Source of the DNA: Felis catus
Lineage: Eukaryota
Direction of reading: 5' to 3'
Length of the DNA: 64,000 nt
Assembly (NCBI RefSeq): GCF_018350175.1
Contig: NC_058368.1
Coordinates: 71,674,001 to 71,738,000, forward strand
The notes beneath the pieces were generated by a model. That model made no database searches, had not been told where the DNA came from, and saw only the letters and a list, made by a program, of their open reading frames with translations. The position numbers were made by a program, and so were the translations under genes. Positions 49,166-61,691 of the stretch are shown here, piece after piece (within the stretch, counting starts at the first letter, position 1; the number at the start of each line of letters is the position of its first letter).

Positions 49166-50804
49166 CTGAGGAAGCAAAGCAAGGCAATCAGTGAGGGAGA
49201 GCCTGGCTCTGATTAGGTGGCAATTATACTTCACAATTTTATTACTGAATCTCGACAAGAATTGCAGTGGCTAAGATAATCACGGGAGACGTCTCCAGCT
49301 GTAAAACAGACACCCCACTATTGTTCTTATGAAATCGGCTCATGGTGATGTATCAGATTTCCTGCCTAGTAGATCCCTGTTGGTCATAATTTCATAGTCT
49401 GCACAGAAGAGTAGTTTAAGGATTCAGGATAGCTGGAAATTTGGGGTTCCCAGGAGAAGTTCTCCAGAGGTCCCTCTTGCCTATTTTTTTTTCTTTTACT
49501 ATAAAATAGTCACCTAGTGGCTCAACAGAGGGGTTACCTGCACAGTAATTATGCCTCAGAAGATAAAGGCAGCCGTCAACCTCGAAACCGAGCCATGTAA
49601 GTAATTAGTCACACCTCAAGACCGCCAAGCGCTGACTGATTTCAGCACGTGTAGTAATAGCAGGGGCACAACATAAGAAATCATCTCTGATGGGGCTCTG
49701 GATCTCTCAGGTGCAGACTCCTGGCTGTCCGCTGGTTTTCAGGTCTTGCAGGGCACACAGCCCAGCAGCACTTCCCAGCCAGCCCTGCCCCTGCAGCTAC
49801 GTGTGGTCATGTGACTTGAGTTTCAGCCTCCAGAACGTGGCTCAAAGCGTTTATGCATTATTTTGGAGGTTTGCTTATAACCTGGGCACACTCCATCACT
49901 TGGTTTCCCCTTCTGGCTGGCTGTGATGGACACCATCAGGGCAATGGTGGAAACTACACACTCCAGAGGGCAGAACCTGCACCAGCTAGCGTCCACTGTG
50001 TGGACAACAGCCACCTCCACCCCCGGCTGCGAGGTGAACAACAAATAACTTCCATCACGTGAAGCCAGTGTCTGGGATGTGATGCAGCTCCACTTCCGCT
50101 GGTAGCTTCCAGTAGACCCAAAATAGTTTCTTTCCAGAAGGCGAGGGCTGCTTTTGCCAGGCTAGATGGGCCTTGGATTCCCTTCTCTGCCCTGCAATGG
50201 ACTTTCTGTAGACGTCACCGCTGTAGGCAAGGTCAACTTGTGGAACTCCCTAACCAATCTAAAGTGGTCACAGTGCATATGGCATCTGTGGTTAAAGCTC
50301 CCCCTAAATGACTTTGGTCTTTTTGATGTGGGGCTTTGCGGTGAAGAAAATCATAAATCATCAGAAGCCAGTGGTAATTTGTGACTTTTAGAGCAAGGAT
50401 CCCTACTTAACCCTCTCCCATAAATGCTGGAAGCCATTAATTATCTAATACACAGGCCAGCACTGGGTTAATCATTTCAAAGAATTCTGATTTTATTCAC
50501 TCATGCGATACAGGATTTTAGTGGGTCACAGAAGACCATTTCTCCCCGGGTGTAAACCATCTTCTAGAAGGCAGAAGCTTCCTGTTGAGCTGCCACTGTC
50601 TTATACCATTTGTTTTTCTCCCTATGAGTCACCAAGGGGTGAGGGGATCACATCATTACAAGGACTGAGCCAAAAAGAATTTTGGCACTCTCCAACTGCC
50701 CATTTAAATACATCATCAAAACGTCCACATTCTAATCAAATGTTTGAAAACAGCTAAATTTTAGCATATCTTTAGTATTTTTAGTCACATAAATTCAACC
50801 TTTA

Positions 50805-51160
50805 GTGCTTTTCAAACATTAATGGGAGCCACCTTGGACCCTGTTACATGGAGATTCTGATTCAGCAGGCCTGGGGTGGGGTTAGAGATCCTAAATTTCT
50901 AATAAGCTCCCAGATGGTATTGATACTACTGGTCTTTGTGAAGCAAAGGTTTAGAGCAGTGGATGATTCTGCCACCCAGGGGATGCTTGACAATGTCTAG
51001 AGACATTTTAAGTTGTCACAGTCAAGGCAGTCCTACCGGAATTTAGGGGTAGAGGCCAGGGATGTTGCTACGCCTGCCACGGTGCACAAGACAACCCTCC
51101 CATAAAAAAGAATGATCTAGCCCAAAACATCAATAATGCTGAGATTGAAAAACATCGGCT
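50805..51160. mobile_element. MER5-like plus MER20 hAT MITEs
   Basis: gattctgattcagcaggcctggggtgggg; tgtctagagacattttaagttgtcaca...aagaatgatctagcccaaaa. Confidence 0.65.
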
Positions 51161-51986
51161 TGGAACAAACTTAAAAAAAAATAATAACCCGTGAAGTTCA
51201 AGTATCTTTGCGCAGTAATTCTTTCTGCGCTATTTCTTAGCTAGCTAACCTTCATCTTCTAGACTGAGCCTCATAAACTCTTTCATCTTTGCTTTGACTT
51301 ACATCAAACCCCATATAGATTTATCTGCTCTTTCTTTCCCAGGTTATTCCTATCTGGGCCATGCAAATCCCATATCTTTGTTTCCGTTTCTCTACCCCTG
51401 ATCATAGCCCTAATTTCTAAGTTTTCCTCTAATAACATCAAGCATAAAACTGGCTACGATGGAAGAAAAGGAAAGTGAATTTCAATGCCTCTCCCTTCCT
51501 GGGGCTTCGATTCTGATCAGACATAGGAGGTGGAGGCCTCTACTCTTCAGGACCCCTCCTTTCCTCTTTGATATTTCCAGTCAAGGCCAAGCACAACATA
51601 CACTCAATACTTCTTTAATCAGGACCAGAAGCATTGATGGCGTCAGCCCGCTGCTGTATCTCGAAGTGCGGCAATAGGACAGCACCCAGGAAAACTGAAA
51701 CTGTTCTTTTCTCTTTTTCTATGGCACCCCTCCATGAGCGAGCTAATCACTGTCTGTAAGAACTTCCCACTTTCTGTTTCCCACCGGTTGCTAATGATAG
51801 TCAACTGAGACAGTCCATTTCCATGAAACACTACATGTACTAAAAGCATAAGTAACTGATAGAAGGGTCCCTGACTGGCTGGTAATGGGGTTGAGAAGTG
51901 GAGGAAGTCACAGAGGCAGGGCTAGCCCGAGATGTCTCTACTGTGGCAGAGGGAGGGGCAGGCCCTGACTGCATCTCAGGTCTTAC

Positions 51987-52087
51987 CAGCACAGTGATCC
52001 CTTGCTCTTTACACAGCATGGCCACCGCTCCCAGGACAATGCTCAGCAACACCCAGAACGTAGAATGTGTTCCCTCCTTGTTACCTG
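51987..52087 (-). CDS. TMTC4: TMTC4 coding exon (..NKEGTHSTFWVLLSIVLGAVAMLCKEQGITVL); tandem acceptor, alternative start 52084
   Basis: Acceptor TTTCTCTATCAGCAG; donor CTG|GTAAGA; KEQG motif. Confidence 0.93.
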
Positions 52088-53309
52088 CTGATAGAGAAAT
52101 GACAGACATAAACATCATGCAACACAGCTTAGCCCTGGTAGCACCTAAGCATGTGCTCTAAATAGCCACGATTTAAAAAGAGGTTGGTCTTCTGATAGCA
52201 TTTCTCTGTGGGCAAGTGTATTACACTCTGCATTTCTGGTTAAACAGCACCGTCTAAATGATATACATACCCACTCTCAAGGCACATCCAACACAGCCTG
52301 TTGCAGGCACCGCAATGAAGGCCTGGCCACCAAGATATCTCATTGCAGACTCCCTATGGGGCAAGTTCCTACTTCCTGACCTGCCAGCCACCTAACAGGC
52401 CACTCTGACAGGCTGTGTTGAGAAGTCCCACTGAGAGTGTAAGCACTGCATCTGATTATAGGATGGCCCCAGCAGTGACTGCTACTATCACCACAGTGGT
52501 GATGGCAATGCCTGAGCTGCCCTGAGAAAGCCTACAACTGTAGGCACAGAAGTCCAGGTAAAGGCCCAGGCCAGGCTGGGCTGGGCTGCCAACCTGCATG
52601 GGGCTTCAAGCCAAAACATCTTTAGAAATGGGAACTCTGTAGTAAGAAGCCTGGGGTGGGACTGACCTTGAGTTAAAACTGATGGTCCCTGAACTGCCTC
52701 CAGCCAAGGGAAGGTCTGCCTTTATTCTATTTGGTGGGTGATATCTGCAATTTGGGGCCAGGGCTGAACTGCTGGAGAGGAGAGGCCACATGTCCTTTGT
52801 AAGGCCCTCACCCCCTCATCTACATAGGTGGTACACATTTAAAAAAGACATAGGTTTGAAGTAGGGCAAGGCAAACCTGCTTGGAGGGCCAAACCATTAG
52901 CTTGCCTGGGGTTCCTACGAATCTTGGTTCAGTTCTGATCAAAACCAGAACTCTTGGTCCAAAATCCGGCTCTGCCATTTACTATGTGACCTTGAGCAAA
53001 TTACTTCCACTCACAGTCTCAACGACTTCATCTATAAAATGGGAGCAACGTTATCTACCTACTGATATATTTGAGAGGAGAAAAACTATACAGAAATGCC
53101 TGGCCATTTGTGTTAAAAATTATAGAAACATGGTTGTAAATGCAAAACATATCTGTAAAACACACAAGAAACCAACCACAGTTGTTTCTGAACAGTTCTA
53201 AGAAGAAAATTTGGGCAGCAGAGGGATAAAGTCTATGCTTTCCCACTGTACAGCCCTTCACATATCCTTAATTTTTTTTAACTATGTGCATGTTTGACAG
53301 CCTCGTTAG

Positions 53310-53590
53310 CTTTCACCCATTAGATGCCAGCAGCCCTCCCAGCCCTCAGTTGTGACAACCAAGAATGCCACAGGCTTTGTCAGACACCCCTGGGAAGAGT
53401 GGGGCAGAAATCACCCACACTTGGGACCAGCGCCCTGAACCAGGGTAATGACAGTGTGTGGTCCGTGCACCTGCCCTTGGATCCTGTTAGAAATTCAGAG
53501 TCTCAGGCCCCACCCAGAGCTGTGCAATCAGAAACCTGATGGTGGAGCCCAGCAACTGCCCTTTTAACCAGCCTTCCAGGTGATTCTAAT
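53310..53590. mobile_element. MER20 fragment plus MER5A fragment
   Basis: ccattagatgccagcag...gttgtgacaacc; caggccccacccag..aatcagaa...ttttaaccagccttccaggtgattct. Confidence 0.6.
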
Positions 53591-53797
53591 TTTTTTTTTA
53601 ATGTTTGTTTATTTTTGATAGAGCGAGGGAGAGCACCAGCGGGAAAGGGCAGAGAGAGGGAGCCACAGAATCCGAAGCAGGCTCCAGGGTCTGAGCTGTC
53701 AGCACAGAGCTCGACATGTGGCTGGAATCTATGAACTGTGAGATCATGATCTGAGCTGAAGCTGGATGCTTAACTGACTGAGCCACCCAGGTGTCCC
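53590..53797 (-). mobile_element. Can-SINE
   Basis: Full body. Confidence 0.9.
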
Positions 53798-54364
53798 TCG
53801 GTCAACTCCTTTTAAATTATGATTTTAGGAAAGGCCTCACAAGTGTCAGCAGCTCAGCACAGGGGTTCAGCTGGCAGAATGGAGGTGGTCACAGCTCACA
53901 AGGCATTGTAACCTTCTGCCATATGATGGAGACGGATGGCAGATAACACCCTTAAGGCTTGTCCTCTCCATGCTGTGGACATATGGTCCACTGAGCTTTT
54001 CTCCCATAACACATCCTCCTGAGTCTGCATCAAACCACTCTCAGGATTTTCTCATATTAGCAGTTGGTAGGTAATTAAATGTCTTTAATTATAAGAACTC
54101 ATGTATTACCATGAGGTCTTCTCCACAGATAAAAGGGTAAATGACCCCCAGCCAGGCTCCTGTGCCCCTCAGGGCTCACAATGGGACGGGCACTATGGCA
54201 GCTCGGGAGATGTGCTGGGGTCCCTCGTCTCAGCATGCTGCTTCCACGTCCACTAAGCATTAGATTTGATGGTTCACTAGAAACCAAATGGACCTCTCCC
54301 CCACCGCCTGGACTGGCTTTTTCTAAGCTTCCTCATTCCCACAATCTGTATTTGTAACTTTTCT

Positions 54365-54819
54365 TTTTTTTTTTTTTTTTCAACGTTTATTTATTTTTGG
54401 GACAGAGAGAGACAGAGCATGAACGGGGAGGGGCAGAGAGAGAGGGAGACACAGAATCAGAAACAGGCTCCAGGCTCCGAGCCATCAGCCCAGAGCCTGA
54501 CGCGGGGCTTGAACTCACGGACCGCGAGATCGTGACCTGGCTGAAGTCGGACGCTTAACCGACTGCGCCACCCAGGCGCCCCGAGTAACTTTTCTTTTTA
54601 AGTTCATTTATTTTGAGAGAGAGAAAGAGTGAGAGAGAGAGAGTGTGTGGGAGCAGGGGAGGACCAGAGAGAGAGAGAAAGGGAGAGAGAGAATCCCAAG
54701 CAGGCTTCATGCTGTCAGCACAGAGCCCAGCATGGGGCTTGATCTCCCGAGCTATGAGATCATGACCTGAGCCGAAATCAAGAATCTGATGGTTAACGGC
54801 TGAGCCACCCAGGTGCCCC
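54365..54819 (-). mobile_element. Young SINEC_Fc (54365-54582) inserted at the tail of an older Can-SINE (~54592-54819)
   Basis: TSD gtaacttttcttttt flanks the young copy; CpGs intact. Confidence 0.92.
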
Positions 54820-54831
54820 TATGCTTGTAAC

Positions 54832-54869
54832 GTGTGTGTGTGTGTGTGTGGGTGGGTGGGTGGGTGGGT

Positions 54870-54917
<48 letters not shown>
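54832..54917. repeat. (TG)n-(GGGT)n-(TG)n compound microsatellite
   Basis: Directly visible. Confidence 0.95.
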
Positions 54918-54919
<2 letters not shown>

Positions 54920-55649
54920 CTAACTCTTAATAAAACATAATGACTTCCCAATGTGATGCTCCCTGTTCTTAACATTTAAAGAAGGTCCCTTGACCATTTT
55001 ACATTCCTTCCTAAAAAACTGAATTAGCTTGTATTTTACTTGACTGTGTAACCTGGATGAATTTCCCCCTATCATGGACCAGTGGCTTGGATAGGAAAAA
55101 AATTCCCAGTTCCTCCATTAAAACACCCAAAGGACAGCTTCTGAAGCACTCCATTAACACAAAGTTAAATGAGTATGGAGATGTGAAAGTAATGGGCTCA
55201 GGTTCCACTTGTCTGGAATTTAAAATGGTTTTCTCCTTAGATGGCAAAATCAGAGATTTCACTGAATACAGAAAAATAACTTGCATAGAAAACACAGCTT
55301 TCACATTTACTGATAACCTTCTTCCTAATCTCACTCCATACTTTCACCACACTTCTCAAACACCAAATTTCTGCAAGGGACCTGGACACCTCACACATCT
55401 CAAATCCTCTATCATGATTCTTTTGGAAGATTTCCACTCTCTACTTACCTCTTTGATTTTGTGCAGACATGTCTGGTAAAAAGCATGCGAAAGACAACGT
55501 TTCTTTGCTGAAGAAATTTCTTAAGTTACAGTGATTTTTAAATGTTATGCCACTTCTCAACAGTGGCAATTTCTGGTCAAAAGCAAAATTTCAGTTGTCA
55601 GTTACAAACCTAGGGATGGCTTTATATTCAGAAAATCAAATCTTAGACT

Positions 55650-55955
55650 ACACTGTTCAGAAGAGTAGGCATTATAGCTAATGAGCACCTGAAATGTGTC
55701 TGGTCCCTAGTGAGATGCGTTGTTAAGTATAAAATACACACCCGATTTTGAAGACTCAATATGAAAAAAGAAAATGTAAAATATTTCATAATTTTTATAC
55801 TGATTTTTACATGTTGAAATTATAGTATTTTTTATACATCTGGCTAAAAACTGCAGTTAAAATTCATCCAACTGCATCTTTTTATAATGTGGCTACTAGA
55901 CATTTAAAAATTACATGCATGGCTCATCCTGTGTTCCTACTGCACAGCACTGTCT
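55650..55955. mobile_element. MER33/MER3-like hAT MITE
   Basis: gagcacctgaaatgtg...aagtataaaatacacacc..gattttgaagact...aatgtggctactaga. Confidence 0.65.
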
Positions 55956-58160
55956 ATATCATGTGCTCAGAGACCCAGCTCACAGATGAAATGATCTGCT
56001 CATGGCTTTAATTGTATTCCAAGTCTGCCTTCGAAAACTCAGAAAATATGAAGTGAGCTTGTCTATTTAAATCTTTCTCTTGCAACCCCCTCCCAGATTG
56101 GCCACTTGACATGTTATCAGGAGTTATAGGACTATTCATGCACACACATTTCACTTTTTCCAGTATTCAAACTGGAAAGCTTAATTTAACTGATGTCTTA
56201 AAATGCCAAAGTACATACCATTGGCACTATTTCCAGTATGGGAGTGGTCAAGGAGGGCCTTATAAAAAGTAAATACTCAACTGGGAAACTGGTTCTGAGT
56301 CTGGGGACAGCCCAGCCTAGTGCACTTCTAGTAATATGGCCTGCTCTAGCATAGTTTTACCCATGTAATTCCTCAGACTCAAGACTCCTTTTTGAGTCTT
56401 GATTTGTCAAGGTGACCAATGCTAATAGTTGCCAAGATATAGCATCTCTAGATGAATTTGGGCTTTGCATTTTTTTGGGTATGCTCTTATTAACTAATGA
56501 AATTAACTTATTAACTAATGAAAGCCTTTTTTTAATTTCCAAGTTTGAACATTTTAATAGGACAGCTGAAACAGATAATGATAGGCTACCTCCAACAGCT
56601 GGTGCTCAATAGGTATTTGGGGAATCAATAATTTCATTTATTTCTATGTCTACCAGAAGTCTTATATTACCACATTTGTTATGCAATTATGATATGCAAT
56701 TTAATACAAAAAAGTTAACAATTCACTTTCAATGTGAACAAAAATACAGCCAGAAGTCACATCTTTTGACATTAATGTCTTGAAATTTCCTCACAATGGA
56801 AAAATCCCCACCATGTAAGAGACTCTTTAAAAAAAAAAGTTAAAAAAATTACATAAGCCTAATATAACACTGTATGTCAATGATACTGGAATTAAACATT
56901 TAAAAAATTGCACAAGGAATATTAAAAAGGCACAGCAAAAGTTGACCGTGTTAATTTTAGATTCATAGCTGTTACAAACAGTAACCATAAATTCTGAGAG
57001 CCAGATGTCGCCTCCAGTGTGGTTGTATTTATGAATATTTTTATTCAAAACAATCCTCCCCAAATAGGGAAATCTAACTGGTACGTAGCTACATGCGAGC
57101 ATCTCAGGATGTTGCGTTTACCCAGAGTCCTCTGTCTCATCTCCAGCCAGTCTGCTAAATTGCAACCACCAATGACCCAGGAGAAGGAGAAAAGGAACCA
57201 TTCTTATACCATGTGACATCTCTCCTCATGTAGGAAGGATAATTATGCAGCTTTAGGAAACATCAACAGTTTATGATCCAGAGCTTCATAAACTGGCCTC
57301 GGAAATGTTTGTCTCAGTCTATGTCTGCATTATCAAAGATAATACAATCACTTAGATAAATGAGGCAAAGGCTAATAGAGTGGAGGAAGCACAGGCCAAA
57401 AAAGAAAAAAAGAAAAAAAAACCCAAAATGCACTAACAGAGAGACACTTGTCAGTGCTAACACCCACAAGTGCCAACAGATGTGATCAATTTAATGAAGC
57501 ATGTGCTTCGGAGCTGGTACTACTTTCTGGTGGGAAGATCTTCTTTCAGTGAAAGCATCGCATTGTATGAGCTCCCCTCTTCAGCACTCGATGCCTGGCA
57601 TCTTTGCTGCCTTGAAGCTGGCACGTCATGTTGTGTGTGGGAACCACGCCACCCCGGCAGGTGGCTCCCACTCCCTCTGCCAGAGCGACACAATGAGCGT
57701 CAGATTCCCATTCCAAAAGTTGGAGCCAACCAGGCAGTGCTTCCACCCGCAGAAAGAAAGAAGTCAGACGTTGCTATTCTAAAATACCAGCCCGTTCGGG
57801 GGACATCAAGTGATGTAGGAACCAAAGAAACATAAAAGCAGAGAAAAGAAAATGCACATGAATACCACAGTCAGAATTCAGTCAGCAATGACCCCAAATC
57901 TAAAAACAAGAGTCCTATAGTACATGAGATACACAGTCTCCCTATTGTTTTTTAGAGCTGCATGATTCTAAGTCAAAGGAAAACAGATGTCTTCAATCAG
58001 AATGAAAATATGAGGAAATGATACCCCAAGAGTAAGAGTTATCCTATTCTAGCTCCCCGAACTGTGGCAAGGACAGTAATAAGCAAACAACGTTTAAGAA
58101 CTTACAACAACTAATATTTGGGATATTGTCTTTTGCAATAGTTTAGAATTTAAAATGGTT

Positions 58161-58588
58161 GGGGTGCCTGGGTAGCTCAGTCAGTTGAGCTTCTGACTTC
58201 AGCTCAGGTCATGACCTCACAGTTCGTGGGTTTGAGCCCCACATCGGGCTTGCTGCTGTCAGCCTGTCAGCTCTGTCCCCTTCTCTCTGACCCTCCCCCA
58301 CTTGCACTCTTCTCAAATAAATATTTAAAAAAAAAGTATAGTTTCCCTTATAAGGACATTTCCTTTTTAATTTTTATTTATTTATTTTAAAAATGTTTAT
58401 TTATTTGGAGAGAGAGAGCATGTGAGTGAGCAGGGGAGGAGCAGAGAGAGAGGGAGAGAGAGAATCCCAAGCAGGCTCCACACTCAGTGGGGAGCCTGAC
58501 TCGAGGCTCAATCTCACAACTGTGAGATCATGACTTAAGCTGATATCAAGACTCAGATGCTTAACTGACTGAGCCACCCCGGTGCCCC
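58161..58588. mobile_element. Tail-to-tail inverted Can-SINE pair (plus 58161-58335; minus ~58365-58588)
   Basis: Opposite orientation, about 30 bp apart; TSD aggacatttccttttta around the second. Confidence 0.9.
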
Positions 58589-59409
58589 AGGACATTTCCT
58601 TTTTAAAAAAGGATTCTGTAACAAAAGATCTTGCATGGAAATATTCTATTTAAGCACCCCAGCACCACCGCCACCACCACAAAAAAAAAAAATCCAGACA
58701 AAAATGTTATGTGAGTAGATTTTTTTTCATTTTCTGAAAATGCTGGGGATTCTAGAGGTTAGCCCAAAATTGCTTGTTAATAAACTCAGGCAGTTAAAAA
58801 TTGCCTAGAGCTTTATAATACATACATTGCATCTATAAAGAAAGCTAATGAGGTTATCAAAAAGAAATACATCCTTTGAAAGAGATTTTTTTTTTGACTA
58901 GTTAAACCACTAATTTCAGAGTACTCAATGTTTTGTTCCCTTATAAAAAATATTAAAAACCTCTCTTGAACTACAAGTTTCTGTGTAACTGCTGCGAGAC
59001 CTTTCTTTGAATTTATGTTCAGATCCAAAAAGAACAAAGACCAGGTCACGTTAAGCCTTGAGTATAAACAACAAACAGCATCATTATTTGTATCCAATAA
59101 ATGCCGGACTGAACTTTTACCACAAAAGAGCTTTGATTCTCAGTGGGACACTTAAAATATGTGGCATAACACGAGCAACTGTCATCACCGTCATGATAGT
59201 GTGTTTACCACGTGTGCTCACTAGTCAGCTTTTTGTAAAATGCACACTGACGAGGCAGGGAAAACAGAGGAGTGACTATTTCTTAACGTAGCTCAAAGTC
59301 CAAATGAAAAAATATACACCTGGATATATGAATGTCCATTAGTATCAACCTCTCTGCTCTGTTGGACTGAAGGAAATTTAATAGAGAGTAGATGAAAGAA
59401 ATTAGCAGC

Positions 59410-59579
59410 ATAAGTAAAACTACCATGTGATCCAGAAATTCCAGTTCTGGTATTTATCCAATGGAAATGAACTCACTATCTTGAAAAGATATTGCAGCCC
59501 ACATTCACTGCATTATTTATAACAGCCAAGACATGGAACAATCTAAGTTCATGGGTGAATGAATAAAGAAAAAACGTTT

Positions 59580-59622
<43 letters not shown>

Positions 59623-60610
59623 GCACATACACATTCTATATACATAAAATACTATATGTATTATATATATATACTATAAAATATACATTATACATATACT
59701 ATAATACTATGTAATACTATATATATTATATACACACCATATATTACATACTATGGTATATTACTAACACTATGTAATACCATGATATAGTATAGCATAT
59801 TACACTATAGTATATAAAATACTATAAATATATAATATATATAAAACATATACTGTGTGTGTATATATGTACATATACACAGTATAAACAAAATGGAATA
59901 TTACTCAGATGTAAAAAAAGAAGGAATTCCTTCCATTTGCAACATGTTTGGACCTTGAGGGCACTGTGCTAAGGAAAATAAGTCAGATAGAGAAAACAAA
60001 TACAGCATGATCTCTCTTATGTGTAGAATTAAAAACCAAACAAACTCCAAAATAGAACAGATAGGTGGTTGCCAGAGGACAGTGGAGGTGGGCAAAGTGG
60101 ACAAAGGTGGCCAAAAGGTAAAAATTTCTAGGTATAAATCCTGAGGATGTAATGTATACCATGATGACTATAGTTAACAATACTGTAATGCATATTTAAA
60201 ATTTGCTAAGACAGTAGATCTTAAAAGTTCTCATCATAAGAAAAAAAAATTGTAACTATATATGGTGACGAATGGGGAGCCTGGGTGGCTCAATTGGTTG
60301 AGCCTCTAACTCTTGATCTCGGCTCAGGTCATGATCTCACAGTTTGTGAGTTCAAGCCCCACATCAGGCTCTGTGCTGACATTGCAGAGCCTGCTTAGAA
60401 TTCTCTCCCCCCCCCCCCCCGCCTCTCCCCTGCTCTCAATCTCTCTCTCAAAAGTAAATAAATAAACATTAAAAAAATATGGTGATGGATGCTCACTACA
60501 CTTACTGTGGTGATAATTTCACAATATATACAAATATTGAGTCATTATTTTGTACACCTAAAACTAATAAAATGTTATATGTCAGTTATATCTCACTTAA
60601 AAAAAAAAGA
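59410..60610 (+). mobile_element. LINE-1 3' end (L1MA/carnivore-type) with internal (CA)n/AT-rich expansion and SINE insertion
   Basis: taccatgtgatccag..attcc; aaataagtcagatagag..aacaaatac; gtagatcttaaaagttctcatca; aatgttatatgtcagttatatctc. Confidence 0.82.
60274..60477 (+). mobile_element. Can-SINE inside the L1
   Basis: TSD atatggtga. Confidence 0.9.
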
Positions 60611-61099
60611 AGATGCACATTTCAAGGAAAATAAAGAAATTAATAGTACATAGGCCACAGTCATCAATTCTGTATAAATGCACTATGATAAGAAGAGAAT
60701 ACTTATTGAGAGCCCACTGTGAGGTGTGCACGGGAAGGAAAAAGTTAACAAGGAAGTATGGAAAACTAGAACATTCCACTCCTTGAGTATTCTGAATGCT
60801 GAAACCTTTATTTTAATCAAAATATACTGGACCATAAGCCCTTCAAGGCATGGACTTTCTAGTTTTTGTATCCCCAACACAGGACACAGGGCCTGGTACA
60901 AAGGACACTCTTAAGGTTTGGTTAATTATTGGTGAAAGAATGGATGACAAAAATTGATAAGCCTGTGTGCTATTTTATATTTTAGAACAGAATCAGAAAA
61001 GTCTTATCATGGATGCTTGACCAGAATCACTTTTGCATATAGGGTTCTTACTGCTTCTTCTCTATGATGGTATTATTAGTTTATGAAAGTCTTGCTCCT

Positions 61100-61124
61100 C
61101 TTTATTTATTTTTAAGAAGGAGAG

Positions 61125-61174
<50 letters not shown>

Positions 61175-61304
61175 ATTCAGACTTAAGCAGGCACCATGCT
61201 CAGTGCAGAGCCTGACACTCAGGGTTGATCCCATGACCCCAGGATCATGACCTGAGCCAAAACCAAGAGTCGGACGCCCAACCAACTGAGCCACCCGGGC
61301 ACCC
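61100..61304 (-). mobile_element. Can-SINE
   Basis: TSD tgaaagtcttgctcctcttta. Confidence 0.9.
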
Positions 61305-61458
61305 GTGAAAGTCTTGCTCCTCTTTAAAAAGACTCTTATCCACCATAGGTATGAAGCTGAACATTACCATGCTGTATAAGGATTATTCCAGAGAGTTCTC
61401 TATAAACGTAGATTCTATTCTTAGTATGTTTAAAAAGGAGTATGAAAAATCTGAAACA

Positions 61459-61691
61459 GGGGTGCCTGGGTGGTGCAGTCGGTTAAGCGTCCGACTTCAG
61501 CCAGGTCACGATCTCGCGCTCTGTGAGTTCGAGCCCCGCGTCGGGCTCTGGGCTGATGGCTCAGAGCTTGGAGCCTGTTTCCGATTCTGTGTCTCCCTCT
61601 CTCTCTGCCCCTCCCCCGTTCATGCTCTGTCTCTCTCTATCCCCAAAAAATAAATAAATGTTGAAAAAAAATTAAAAAAAAAAAAAAAAAG
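61459..61691 (+). mobile_element. Young SINEC_Fc-type SINE
   Basis: TSD gaaaaatctgaaaca; long A tail. Confidence 0.93.

Larger units (their letters stand above)
22149..52087 (-). other. TMTC4: TMTC4 gene, 3' portion (13 coding exons in window; 5' exons lie beyond 64000)
   Basis: Manual splicing of 13 GT-AG exons gives a continuous ~546-aa ORF with TMTC motifs (MLCKEQGITV, DNPAS, VGFVVAERVLYLPS) followed by TPR repeats. It matches mammalian TMTC4 as I recall it. Confidence 0.96.

Noticed and set aside
56487..56523. 21-bp-period tandem duplication (ttattaactaatgaaa x2)
   Set aside because: Ordinary slippage duplication with no functional evidence
59580..59890. AT-rich TA/CA low-complexity block
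   Set aside because: Microsatellite expansion inside an L1 3' end
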